Part shown: positions 11,481 to 24,386 of the stretch, piece after piece
How positions within the stretch are numbered: the first letter of the stretch is position 1
Layout: each line of letters starts with the position of its first letter
From: Amphiscolops sp. MND2022
Taxonomy: Eukaryota
Direction: 5' to 3'
Length of the DNA: 64,000 nt
NCBI GenBank assembly: GCA_964187785.1
Contig: OZ076409.1
Coordinates: 59,584,001-59,648,000 of the forward strand
The notes under the pieces: generated by a model
Told to the model about the DNA's origin: nothing
Seen by the model: the letters and a program-made list of their open reading frames with translations, nothing else
The model's database searches: none
Translations under genes and position numbers: made by a program

Positions 11481-14400
11481 TCACTTGTTAGGACCGGAGG
11501 AGACCTTCATCCTGGAAAAGTTCTGTGTTAGTTGCTGCTGACCCTTGCCGTAACTCTGCTGCTGACCTTGAGGTGTCACGATATGCTCTGACGTCACTGC
11601 TGTGCCCCCTGTCATATGGTTGCCGCCAGTGTGCATGTTTCGGTTGCCCCCTGCCATGTGTTGCTGGTGGGAGCGAGGGTTGTTTGCTGCGGCTGAGTAA
11701 GGCTTCTCGTTCAATAGGGGGGTCATAGGTTTGTTGTTGGTGGGGAGCATTCCACCGCTGTTGTCTAAGGCCACCCCGCTACCGTTGGTGACACCGTTGA
11801 ACACTATCTGTTCGCCACCTAATCAACAAATAAAGTCTTTGCTTCTCATGACATGACCACGCAATTGCTATTTTTTTTGCTAATGGCCTAATGGTAGAAA
11901 AATTAAAAACATTTCGAAATTTCGGGGTTTTTGATGAAATGCTACTATGATTTGGCTTTCGAATGAAAATATGTAACCAGAGCCGCATATGCGGTAAAGG
12001 AGTCGGCTTAAGTCCTTTCCTTCTGACTCGCTCGAATCCCAGTCAGAGGAATTTATTGAAATTGCACTCATAGAACCATATTGTGGCCTAGAATGACTGT
12101 AGAAAATTTTGTTCGAATCGTATGGTGAGTTCTTGAGAAAATCGAAAAAAGCAGGAAAATTGTTGTTTTTTGGCTAATTTTGGCTGTTTCTCACATCCCA
12201 GTCATACGGTTTTGATGCCTTTGCGCACGCAGGGGCCCCTTTGGATGTAGAATGACTGTGCAAAATTTTATGAAAATCGTACGGTTTTTGAAAAATTTGA
12301 AATTTTCATTGAAAGTTCGGGAGAAAAAAACGACACGATTGCACAAGTAGTCGAAATTTTGTCCGACTCATAAAAATGGTTCAAGATCAGGTCATTAAAC
12401 AGTTCAGGTTGCAACTACTTCTGGACTTTCGTTCGTTGAAAAAAGTCAAATATAGACGCAACTCACTTCTGTTTCATACTGCTTTTCATGTTTTTCCCAG
12501 CTTTCAAACAGCAAAAGTCTTTGCAAAGAGAGACGAGTTCATCATGATAATCTATAAACCTTCGCCAGAAAACTTCCTTCCCCAAAAAATTTCGAATCCA
12601 TTCAAACGCCAATCATTTCCCAGGAATTCAAAAGATATCTTGAAAATGAACCAAAACGTCGCAATCAATCTACGTATCAAGGCTTACGCTAAAACTGTTG
12701 TGGAAGGAATCACCATAAATGTGGAAAAAGGGACAATATTCGAAATTTTTCAGGAAGTATTTCTCTAATATTATTTCAAATCTCTAAAACCCGCTAAACA
12801 TGAAACCACCTGAAGGTAGTGAACTTGAACTTTCCAATGCAGTTTTCTGTCCAAAATAAAACAAAATTCAGTAAAACCGGTCTACTTGATTGAATCTACA
12901 AATTAAGAGCTTCCATAAAGCTTTTTTGGAAAGAATCACGAGAATCTATTTGAAGGATCTTCAAAGTCTTCAATAGGTGATATTTTTTGCCTATTCCGAA
13001 AATAGGCCCCTCCGGGGCTCAGTACTATTTCTGCTTTAATCTTTATTTTTTTAAAACAAAAAATCATTAATAAAAGAATCATATCTGGAATACCAATACA
13101 CTCCTGTTTAATCATTACTTAGAGCACAATTAATCACTGTACAAGTTTACACCGCCTTTAATTCTTCTCGGACTAAAGAAAATATAACTAAGCGTAGACG
13201 AAGTTTCGCATTCGCATTTGAATGCAGGCGAAGCTCTCAACGAACGAATAATTAACACTCATTCGCTTCATCTCAATGACGTCAGCATACGAATGGATAA
13301 TTACCACTCGCTCGTTCTATCGCACTAGAATTGAATTGTTGTCGGCAGCTTTCCCACGCTTACACTCACTGCCGAACAAAATATCTGAATTATTCAGTAG
13401 GACGAAATTTGACGACTGAAAAAAAAAGGACCAACTTTGAGGTTACAATAACATTCCTGCTAAAGCAGAAATATTAAAAAAGCATCTCGAAGCTGAAACA
13501 AAGGTCGAAAATATGCTAAACTTAAATCAAACGGAAGACATGTCTTTCGTTTGGGATCACTACCAAAAAACAGTGGAAAGTGGTTATGAAAATAGTCAAA
13601 ATTTGGATCATCATTTCTCGATTTAAAAAAGCAAAACGCGAAAAGCGGCTCCACTCAAATAATTGTCTTTCAGTAATAGTTTGATAAAAGTTCGAAATTT
13701 TGATATTCAAGAAAATATGACAGGAAAATAAACGATATTTATCTCCTTCGTAAAAAAAATGTTGCGGCAGAATTAGACTGAACCGTTTCTGGGAAAATTA
13801 AAAATGAGTAAAGTAAGGAGGGAATCACGGCTGCTGTGACTGTAAGGCATTTGATATTATATATACTTATAACTCCAGCGCAAACAGTCCCAACGGCAAT
13901 GATTTGATCAACCACTGAAAACTTGATGAGAAAATAGAAGAACCAAGCCACTTTTGCGCAAAAAACCTTGACCAATGCGACTAATACGATATTACATCGT
14001 ATTACCTGTGTTCCTGGCATGTGACGTAATCACGTTGTTCTGCTCGTTACTGAGCTGCATCTGAGTAACAAGGGCGGTGGACGACTTCTGCTGTTTGTCA
14101 GACCCGTTAGAGGTTTTCATGATGTTCCAGTCAAACACGTAGTCATACGTGAAGCCCTGACGGTGGTAAAGGTTACGGAACAACTGCCTCAAATACCCGT
14201 AGTCTGGTTTCTCGTCGAACCGGAGATTTCTGGCATAATTGAAAAATTGGGCGAACTCGGCTGAAAAAAAACTGTTAGATAATTTTGTCGAATTACATTC
14301 AACTCAACAAAATATGCACAATCAGACTTACTTGGCTGAGATTTGCACAGGACTTCAACCGGCGTTGCCATTTTCTTTTCAGATATTCGGTCATACTTCT

Positions 14401-15140
14401 GTTTTTTGTTGGCTGCTTTTAAACCTTGCCAAGGTAAAGAGCCATTCATGCAATAGACCAAAACGTATCCTAATGACTCCAAATCGTCACGCCGACTTTG
14501 TTCTAAAAATCATACAAAAGTTTGGTGCATGGTTACTTGAAGGACAGTGAAAATTCAAGTAAAAAGCATACGAACCAATTCCAAGGTGAGTGTTGATACT
14601 GGCATATCGAGCGGTACCAGTCAAGTTTTTATTCTCTCTATATGGAATATGTTGATGAGTTCTGGCATCCCTATACTTTTTGGCTAAGCCGAAATCTATA
14701 ATGAAAATGATGTTTCCTTTCTTTCCAACGCCCATCAAAAAATTATCTGGCTTTATGTCACGATGTAGGAAGTGCTTCATGTGCACATATTCAATTCTTG
14801 TAAGAAGCTGATCTGCTATGAGAAGAACTGTTTTGAGTGAAAATTTTCGGTTGCAAAAGTTGAACAAGTCCTCTAAACTAGGGCCCAATAATTCCATCAC
14901 CATGACATTGAAGTCGCCTTCAGCTCCACACCATTTTATTGACGGTATTCCAATACCACCCTGTAGTAGTTTGTAGAATTTGCTCTCTAGATGTAACTGT
15001 GGGTGTTTAGTTTTGACGCATTCAAGTTTGATGGCAACTTCTTCACTAGTTTGGACATTTGTTCCATAATATATCTCACCGAAAGACCCACTTCCTATCT
15101 TCCGACCAATGCGGTATTTATTGCCGACTCTCAACTCCAT
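11481..15140 (-). CDS. CSNK1D/E: Casein kinase 1 delta/epsilon; exons 15140-14576, 14502-14332, 14260-14006, 11818-11481 (1329 bp, 442 aa)
   Basis: [84 protein letters not shown]. All three introns are GT-AG and phase 1 (73, 71 and 2187 bp), and the exons join in frame to the stop at 11481. Confidence 0.95.
11975..12370 (+). mobile_element. Second HINE-like family copy in CK1 intron 3
   Basis: aaccagagccgcatatgcggtaaaggagtcgg (hairpin plus subterminal IR) at the left; agtcgaaattttgtccgactca palindrome at the right; internal repeat tagaatgactgt. Confidence 0.5.
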
Positions 15141-15908
15141 TGGCGATGATTAAATACTATATCATGCCGCCTAAAAACTTGGTATTTTCAGTCAAGATGA
15201 TAAGTATTTGAAATTTGTCACTCAGAAAAGCCCAATTGAGGCAAACTAATTACAAATTATCGCGTTGTTCGTCAAATACATGGTAAAAGAAACTCTCTCC
15301 GCCGAGCTGCGTAGTCCACGCGAACGACAACAGCGATCCCAACATGTTCGTGCAAAAGATCGCTTGAGTCCAAGTCTAGGCAATTATCATAAAAATGATT
15401 TAAAAATCAACGACAGCTTTATGGCACCAAAGAATCGATTAATTAGACGACCGTTGAGCAGCGGGAAATTTTCCGTTCCAAAAGAAATTAGTTTAACATG
15501 CTTTTGCGTCTCGAGCGTGAAAACTAGTACAACGTTCATTTCATATCTCGCTTTGAAAACTGAATGTTTGTCCAGGCAACGTGTTAAGTAGCCGAATCTT
15601 TTGTTATTGTAATCCATGAATACTTCTACTACATAAAGTAGTAGTAATAATAATAGGGCTTCTGCGATTTCTCGCAAGGAGAGTGACCCCTCCAAAGGCT
15701 TCGCAAGACATTCCAGTTATCACGAGTTATTTATTGTACAGACGCATGCAACTCTCCAGCTACACGGATTTTGTTCGTGAAAAGATTTGAATTTATGCCA
15801 GAAGATTTTCAGTAGTTTGGCTTTCAGGGTTCGCTTGTCACAATTGATATCGATTTTCAACAAGTTGACTAGTCGGGTTGTTCTGTAGACAAAGGACTGC
15901 CGGACCAC

Positions 15909-16466
15909 GGTTACCAGTCACTTGGCTTAATACCATTTGGCTTAATTTTTTCGTCGAGTCATTTGGCTTAAAAATTTTAGGCCAAGTGACCACAAAATTA
16001 AGCCAACTCCAATCCAACTCAAGGAATAAATATGTCAACTCCCGGAAATATCATAATGTGGGGCATATGCGGTGTATGCACGCTCGCCCTCACCGTCGCA
16101 AAGACCAGCTCCCACTACGATCGCTTCGCGATCTTCGTTCCCGCTAGGTCTTTGCTCCTGTTCGACCTCGCTTAGCAAGACGGGAATATAAGCGGCCCCA
16201 AAGGGCCGCAGGGCACTAGAGGAAATGGGGACATATATGAGGGGTACTTGATATGACATGTTATAATAATACGCTGACTAAGTTATAAAGATAAATTCGA
16301 CAAAATCTGCCACGTGTTTTCAACTAAGTGGTTTTAAGTCAAATGACTTTAAGCCAAGTGACCGATACCCGAGACACTTAGCTTAAAAAAATTAAGCCAA
16401 GTGACCAATTGTATTAAGCCAAATGACTTTAAGCCAAATGGCATTAAGCCAAGTGACCATTTATCC
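15909..16466. mobile_element. Mutator-like fold-back MITE (ttggcttaa arms) carrying the ~190-bp hairpin module
   Basis: Long TIRs gtcacttggcttaataccatttggcttaa / ttaagccaaatggcattaagccaagtgacc; flanking direct repeat (cc)ggaccac of 7-9 bp at 15900-15908 and 16465-16473. Confidence 0.8.
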
Positions 16467-16499
16467 GGACCACAGCTTACTTTGGTCTGTTAATCTGAA

Positions 16500-16841
16500 G
16501 GTGGGCGGAAATAGGTCGAAGGAACGGGATCAAAAATCAGAAAGTCCTCAGGTCGACATACCAAATTTTTGAATGGGATCGAAACAACTCGGATCGAAAG
16601 TTTTATAACGTAGTCAGATATATTCACATACCCCTAGTGCCCTGAATGCAGGTGCGAAGCGGAGCGATGTGCCATATGGCCATGCCTCAATGTTGCTACT
16701 TGGCGAAGGGAGCGAAGCGACCGAGCCATACAACAAATACGATAAAATTCGACCGCATTTCATTCGATCTCTGCAATTCGATCAAAAGGTTCGCCCTCTG
16801 TCCTTTCGACCAGAAAAATTCGCCCTATTTACAGCCACCCC
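16500..16841. mobile_element. Mutator-like MITE (tcgaa arms)
   Basis: Perfect 9-bp TSD taatctgaa (16491-16499, 16842-16850); imperfect TIR ggtgggcggaaatagg / cctatttacagccacc; internal cctagtgccctg and gcgaagc motifs. Confidence 0.8.
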
Positions 16842-16947
16842 TAATCTGAAACACAATTTCCCCACGAACAGAGTAGGACAGATCTGGAACTTTCAGCTGG
16901 TTTACATCGTAACCTCCTTGTATATTTTTAAATAACAGGAGAATGTC

Positions 16948-19922
16948 ATTTATTTGAATGTACATAGTCAGGGGTAAGATACCAAGGGTTGTCAAAGAAT
17001 TTTTATAATCCTAATTTGAAGCGGTAATCCATTTCACCATTCGTTTCTGACTTTTTTCCAGACAACTTGACACGTACTTCGATAATCCAATACAAGAAGA
17101 AGCATATATCAAAGTGGGTACTATCATACTTTTGTAGAGTTCTAGTTTTGTTTTCATGGATAAATTTGAAACATTCCGTTTGATTTGGAAGAAAACAGCA
17201 TTTGCTTTTGAACATGCCTTTTCAATGTGGGTTTTCCATCTCAGGCCACTATCAACCATTAGACCTAAGTCCTTCTGATTTTCGTTCATAGTAATTTGGT
17301 TGTTTTCGAAGTACAGCGGATAACTCTCACCGTTTTTGACACTCCATTCATATAATCTATCAAGATCATCTTGGAACGCCATTGAACTGATATCGAGTCC
17401 CAAAAACTTTGCGTCGTCTGCGAACAAGAGAGGTATGAGAGAATCACAGTTTGCTATGTCGTTGATGTAAACTAAAAAGAATAACGGTCCCAACAGTGAA
17501 CCCTGTGGAACACCGCTTGTTACGACAAGTTCCGAAGAATAGCTACTGTTGACACGAAATGTCTGAGTTCTTCCGTTGAGATAGCTGTGGATCAGTTTGA
17601 GTCAATTTCCTCCGATGCCATATTTACTCAGTTTCTGCAATAAGATACCGTGATCGACCTTATCGAACGCTTCACTGAAATCAGTAAATACCACGTTGAT
17701 CTCATAGTCGTTTTCAAGTGCGGAGTATGTTTTATCGAGCATGACAAGTAACTGCGTAACTGTAGACCTTCTAGGTCGAAAACCGTACTGAGAATGGCGC
17801 AAAAGAGGTTTCAAGCGCAAATAAAGTCGTTTAAAAAGCAACTTCTCAAAAGTTTTGGATGGTATCGTCAAGAGCGAAAGCGGTCTGTAACTCGCAACGA
17901 TTTGTTTACTGCCCCCTTTGAATAGTGCTATAACAACTGCTTTTTTCCATTCAGATGTGTAAACGCATGTTTGCAGGGCCTTTGAAAATATTTGGTGAAG
18001 GGAGTGCGCGAGATGATCTTTGAGTTTACGGAAAAGAATAGGAGGAAGCATGTCATTACCTTTCGCTTTATTCAGTCGGAGTTTCTCACACACCTCCGAG
18101 ATTTCCTCAACGCTGATGACTAATGTTTGAAATTGTGGAAAATTTAGTGTATCCATGAGATGTGCTCTTGAAGAGGAGATCACATGGCGTAAACAGAAGA
18201 GAAATATTCAGCAAATAGTTCCGCTTTATCTCTGTTGCTTTCCGCTGTTTTCGTGTTATATTTGATAGTTGCGGGAAGAGAAGACTTTTTGAGGGCTTGA
18301 AAATGATTGAAGAGTGCAGCAGTAGATCTCGATGACGCTAAGTTACTTTCGTGTTTTATTTTATCCTCTTCTGCGGAATTTTTAACTTTCAAGAGAGCAG
18401 ACTGCACGGAAGGTTGAGATTCTTTGTATCTTCTTCGCTTGGTTTGTAGACATTTAATCAGATGTGAAGTCTCTTATGAAATCCGGGGCGGTAACATACA
18501 TCGATGTTTTGTCCGTGCGGGACAGTTTGCTTGATGATTTTTTCTAACCATTTGTACCATTGATCAACTAAGATATCAACCTTTGACCAGCAGTAACTAT
18601 TGAAAGGATTTTTTTCGATGAGTTCTTTAAATCTGCCGAAATCGGCATTGCAAAAGCTATACACTATGTCATCGCACGGACTTGTTCTTTGCCAGTTTGT
18701 ACATTGGAGTTAGAAAGTGAATAAAATTGGGAAATGGTTCGATATGTTGAACAGACTCTCATAATTTGGCAAGAATTCGAGGGTAACAGCTGAAACTCCT
18801 TTTGTAACTAATAGGAGATCCAGTATGCCAGTAGCACAACACAAGTGTTAAAAGTGATTAGTTGTAGTAGATTATTTTTCTCCATCAGTGATAAGAAAGT
18901 CGTAGCCAAAGATTTTTCTGATCTCATGGTTTTCCAATTGATACTACTGAAGTTAAAATCGCCATAAATTACAAGCTCGTCAATTTTTTTCTTCTGACAT
19001 TAAATAAAATTGAAGAGTCTCACTAAATCATCAATCGTATAGGCGTAATTACTGTCTGCAGGTGGCATCTGAACACATAGAAGACAAACATTTAACATCC
19101 CAAGTTTCATAGAACAGGCAGTGATTGAGAACCGAATCTTTGAACTTCACCAAATTTTGTTTGCTGTAGTCATTCTTCCAAAGTGACTGGTTTGTTTTTC
19201 AGATATAGTATTCCATTCCGGATTCTCAATTGTTTCTCACCTGCAGTTAATAATTCACGCCTCTTTTTCAAAAGTTTCTGCTCGTGTTTCTGCTCCTCGG
19301 GGTTAAGTGACTTGGAAATGAAAACCGAGTAATTTTGATCATTATAAATGGCATTATAATCTTTTAACATTGTAGTACGCGATAAAATTTTGTCCACAGA
19401 ATATTCTTGTGCAAACTTAACAAGTATGAGTTTGGGACGAGGGTTTTCAGGTTTGAATTGTTCGATGCGTCGAAAGGAAGAAATTTCGTAACCATCGACG
19501 CCAAGAACTTTAATGACTTTTTTCAATAACTTTTCATCGTGTTCAAAAACATCTTCTCTATTTGCTGATTTTGTACTTGAATTGAATTCCGGTATACCTG
19601 AGAAACGCACTTCAAAGTTGTAATCAGTTTTACTTTTAGGTATAGGAAAATGTAACTTAGCTTCAGATGTGACCGCAGTAGTTTGTTTCACTTCTTGAAC
19701 CACGCTCTTCAACTCTTGCAGTTCCTGTGTTACTTTTTCTTGTGATCCATTGCACACTGCTTCTTTGATTTCATCCACTGAGTTTTTCAAATTGACAATT
19801 TCAAGAGACAGAGAGTTTACAGTGTCAAGGGCATGTGCAGTGCCGTCAGCCAGGCAGATTTTGAAACTCGAACATGCGCAGATTTTGGAAGCATCAAATG
19901 TTTCAAAATGGTCATGCGTTCC
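16948..19922 (-). mobile_element. Decayed CR1/L2-like LINE (ORF1, APE endonuclease, RT)
   Basis: ORF1 19931..19170 (VRFSGIPE, RPKLILVKF, VFISKSLNPEEQ...KKRREL). Endonuclease remnants (IYGDFN, GILDLLL, SNHFPI). RT motifs YRPLSLL, QYGFRPRRST, DFSEAFDKVDH, GVPQGS, LFADD, KDLG. Multiple stops and frameshifts; 3' end near ttcaaataaat. Confidence 0.9.
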
Positions 19923-19949
19923 AAACGTCAAGTTAGGCTTTTATGATGA

Positions 19950-20583
19950 GAGCGAATTTGGGACAGTTTGCCGAAACCCATTTGCAGAATTAGGCAAAGT
20001 GTCCCTACCTTGCCCATTTTGCCGAATTTTTTTTCGGCAAAGTGGGCATCGAAATTCGGCAAAGTGGGCATCGAAACTCGGCAAAGTGGGCAAGGCAGTT
20101 GTCTCTATCTGCAAAAACACTTCTTGAAAGCGAAAATATAATGTGGGGCATTTCCGATGCATGCGTTGGGTTTCGGCAAATTATCCCGTATCCTGTTTCT
20201 GCTCCTGCGAAGCGTTTAAAAAAGATTAGGTACTTCTCCTCACCTAATATGGGTCATATACGGTGTATGGACGCTCGCCCTCACCGTCGCAATGACCAGC
20301 TCCCACAACGATCGCTTCGCGATCTCCGTCTCCGCTAGGTCTTTGCTCCTGTTCGACCTCGCTTGGCAAGATGGGAACATAAGCGGCCCCAAGGGGCCGC
20401 AGGTCACTAGAGGAAATGGGGGCACATCCGACGGCCAAAAACACTGTTATTTGAAACCGCTAGGTATTCGGCAAATTGTCCCTACAAAATTCAGCAAATT
20501 CAGAGGGACAATTTGCCGGAAAAAATTCGGCAAATTGTCCTTCACTTTCGGCAAATTGGGTTTCGGCGAATTGTCCCTAACCC
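19950..20583. mobile_element. Composite Mutator-like fold-back MITE(s) (ttgccgaa arms) with hairpin module
   Basis: gggacagtttgccgaa left arm and ttcggcgaattgtccc right arm; module at 20245-20430; the left ~240 bp duplicates 20733-20975. Confidence 0.7.
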
Positions 20584-20647
20584 TCCTGATGGTCATCAGC
20601 ATCATTAACTCAGACACCAGGAGGGTCCATAACTAAGCTCTAAGGAA

Positions 20648-23600
20648 TATATATATATACATTCTTATATCTCCAATTTGCGGGAGGGTGTTTATCGTAT
20701 ATATTGTACAAAGAGAGCATTGAGAGTTTGAAAACGTTAAGTTAGGCTTTTATGATGAGAGCGAATATGGGACCATTGGCCGAAACCCATTTTGCCGAAT
20801 TCGGCAAAGTGTCCCTACCTTGCCCATTTTGCCGAATTCTTTTCGGCAAAGTGGGCATCGAAATTCGGCAAAGTGGGCATCGAAATTCGGCAAAGTGGGC
20901 AAGGCAGTTGTCTCTATCTGCAAAAACACTTTTTGAAAGCGAAAATATAATGTGGGGCATTTCCGATGTATGCATGCTCGCCCTCACCGTCGCAAAGACC
21001 AGCTCCCACTACGATCGCTTCGCGATCTCCGTTCCCGCTAGGTCTTTGCTCCTGTTCGACCTCGCTTAGCAAGATGGGAACATAAGCGGCCCCAAGGGGC
21101 CGCGCGGGGCACTAGAGGAAATGGAGACATATCCGAGACACGTTTTATACTTTGAATCACTTTATAGCTTTAAAAGTCTGTTTTTGCAGAAGTAGACATC
21201 TGCCTTGCCCACTTTGCCGAATTTCGATGCCCACTTTGCCCAAAAAAATTCGGCAAAATGTCTCATGCTTTCGGCAAGGTGGGATTCGGCAGAATGGGAT
21301 TCGGCAAAAAGGGCATATACCATGAGAGCTACACGATTCCGGTTAACTTCGCTGAATGTGAGATATTTTGATGGCTTCATACCTATGGAGGTTGAAAAGG
21401 GGCGATAGAGTTAAAAGTTGGTGGATTTTTGGTGCAACATTTCAGAAATGACTTGTTGCCATCATTTTTCCACCAAAGGTTCCAGGCTTCGGGCAATAAG
21501 TTCGATTTACTAAGTTCGTTTGAGGTCGTATCTTCTCAAGTCATGTTGGTGATCCATAGAAAAGTGATGGGGGTTTTGACAACAGAAACCCAACTACATT
21601 CCATTTTCGCTCTGTTTTCTCAATTGGTATAGTAGACTGATCCCTGTAGTTGAGCCTGCTATCGATAATTACTCCGAGAGTTTTCGTTGTGTTTCTATTT
21701 CCAAATATATCACCATTGAGTGGCATGAGTTCGAAGTTATTTCCTTCGCAATTGAAAAGTGTTAATTCAGTTTTACTTCCGTTCACCAATATCCTCCAAT
21801 CTGCACAGCACTCCTTGATGACGGAATAAGTTTTTCGAAGGATCGCAGATAATGCTGACGGATCTTTGCCATGACAATGACAGATTTTCCGTCTGCAAAC
21901 ATGAATTTCTGTGTTTTATTACTGAGAAAGATGATAAAGATCAATGCCGACAACACACTGTGGAACGCCAAAGCTACTCTGGAACTTCGCCGATTGGTAT
22001 CCATTCAATTCGACGGAAGAGATTCTGGTTTTTAGATACGATTTAATTTTCCGAGACATTTTGCAGAAATATTGTGTTTCAACAGTTTAAAGAGAAAACC
22101 GTCCACCCACACGCTATCGAAAGCCTTTTCGAGGTCAAGGTTTAGCAGAGCTGTCGGCATACGTGAACGTTTGGCATTTTCGAGCATGAGATGTTGACTG
22201 CAGGGCAGTCAAGTAGTGTTTCGTTGCGATCTGAAACCCTCCTGTTCGTCAACAAGCAGTCCATTTCCATCGAGAAGTGATTTGATGCCAGTTGCAAGTA
22301 TTCTTTCCAGCGTTTTGCCGATATGACTGGAGATAGAGAGTATTCATCGTATTTCTCTTTGTTTGGTTCGCGTTTGGAGACGACTCGTGACTCCGCGACA
22401 CGTGACTCATAAACAGCTCTGCAAGTTCATCCGTAGACACATAGTGTCTACATCAATCGAACCGAGGCGAGATGCAAAGATCGATAACACTGGAGCCATT
22501 TGCTGCCAAAAACGTAGGCTCACCAACATTGAGAATGCTAAAGTGGTTGAATATTTAAAGTAGTTTCTCGCCTAAAAAGTTATACTATTTGTCCCCCCAA
22601 AAGGTATGCCTTGAATCGAGATCACCAAAGAAAAGAGCTCCATTCAGGCAAGTTTTGTCAACATACGTTTCGCAACTCTGTATAACTTCCATTGTTTTTC
22701 TCAAGCCCTTGATGTCATCGGACGGGTCTGACATATGAAGTAGTTACATCTAACATAATTCCGCCCAGCCTAACAGTCAAAACAACATTATCAACAGAGG
22801 TGTTCTCGAGTTGATTAAGTCTTGAGTAAGGGACTTCATTTATTCACTAATACTGCGACACCCCAGAATTTCTTTCCATACAGCTGACTTTTGTGAAAAC
22901 GTGAAATCGATTTACGCTAATTTGTTGGTTTCAATTACACAAACGCTTTCAGCTTTAGTTAGTTGTAGGTATTGATTTAATGCTATTTTACTATGACCAC
23001 TCAGCCGCATATATTAATCTGCAAGAAAGTGAAGCCAGGGTTAGCCATCATTTTTTGACACAGCGATTCTCGAAGTCAGTACTTGTAGATCTCGCGCCTC
23101 ATAAACTATATGTACCTGTTTAATATAAATTGGGCAGTCAAGAGAATCAGTTTCATGGTTTCCGCTGCAATTGGCACATCCCGCAAGCTTATTGCCTTTG
23201 CAGTTGTCGAGAGGGTGCTCGCAGGAGCGGTGTTGCAATGTTCGCAAGACACTTTGAAATGACAATTGGAATTGACATGTCCGAACTTCTGACATTGGTA
23301 GCAGCGGGTTATTCGTTTTCCTTGCTGTATGAATTCGACTGGTTGATAATTAACGTGGTCAATGAAAACCCCGTCGGTTGTTACCTTGTCAAACTGGTCC
23401 TTTGAGGGAAACGTCTGTTTGACAGTTTGCAGTGATTTCTGATCGCTTTTGACAAATTGTGTGATTCGTTGAAATTATCAAGGTCTGACACCTGGAAAAT
23501 TACCCTTAAGAGCATATGTCATGTCCGAGTCAGATATTTCTAGCGGAACTCTCCGGCGCTGTGCTGTTCAATTCTGTTGCTAGCTCTACGGACCGACGAG

Positions 23601-24375
23601 TCGCCTCCAAAAGTGAGACTTCTATCCGTGCAAAACACAGTCAGCCTCCTCTGTCCACCACGCGCTGTAATAAACGCGTACAGTAACTTTTTGTTTGGAT
23701 ATATGGAAGCAAACTTTTTTTGATGTCGATACTATCGCTGAATTTCTGATTTGTCTTGATGAGCAATATGTTGCTAGGATCACGGTTTAGTCTTGTTCGA
23801 CTTCTAGTTTCAAGTGAGTTTGAGTTTCATTTCGTTTAGTTTTTACTTTATCCGCATAGTTCTCGAGAAGTTGAGTTGATGTTGAGTTGACAAGCTTGAG
23901 TTTGTTTGTTAAAAGGTCCTTTTTCATGGATTCCATAGATTGTATCTCAGTTTTTCTAAATTCGGTCTCTTTTTTCTGTTGTGTTATTTATGGCATTCAA
24001 GGTCTTCCAGACGTTAGAAGAACGACCGTGAAGATGCTTGTTTTCGCATTTGGAGCAATACTAATGAACAAAGGCAAAGTTTGAAAGTATTGGTAGGTCC
24101 TTTACATCAAGGCCCCCACAAGATCCATGCCACCACAATTCACATCTGTTGCAACATATTGACGTCTTTTAAATTCCTCGACATTACTTTCACATTTAGG
24201 GCAACAATCATCCGAGACTGAATGATTTCTGTTTTTCGGTCCCATTATGTCAGATCACTGCCAAGTCGCAAGGTCTCTCAAACTACTAAGGTTTTCGAAG
24301 ACCAAGAAAAAAACAGATCACTAATCTACTGACACATTTTCAGTTGTCGGAGCTTCGTTCTTATTCTCTCATTCA
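20648..24375 (-). mobile_element. Heavily decayed LINE with PHD and CCHC ORF1, endonuclease and RT remnants
   Basis: ORF1 from ATG 24245 with PHD-like CPKC...CNRCELWWHGSC...YCSKC; zinc knuckle CANCSGNHETDSLDCP; endonuclease start LQINICG (~23025); RT LLNLDLEKAFDSVWVDG (~22150), FMFAD, KTLGVIIDSRLNY; (TA)n at ~20648. 5' boundary approximate. Confidence 0.8.
20763..21321. mobile_element. Mutator-like fold-back MITE (ttgccgaa arms) inserted in the 3' end of a LINE
   Basis: 8-bp direct repeat atgagagc at 20755-20762 and 21322-21329; inverted arms made of gccgaa/ttcggc subrepeats; module at ~20949-21134. Confidence 0.8.
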
Positions 24376-24386
24376 GTTTCTTCCAT

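Noticed and set aside
12376..12768. 130-aa plus-strand ORF in the CK1 intron
   Set aside because: No motifs or splice support; begins at the edge of a repeat.
16055..16238. Module as hammerhead retrozyme, U snRNA, tRNA-SINE or Helitron 3' end
   Set aside because: No CUGAnGA/GAAA core on either strand and no snRNA match by eye; only a weak B-box-like GTTCGA without an A box; homology continues past the hairpin-CTAG in the MITE-borne copies.
19941..21408. Several ORFs with AHFAEF/SAKW repeats
   Set aside because: Translations of fold-back MITE subrepeats.
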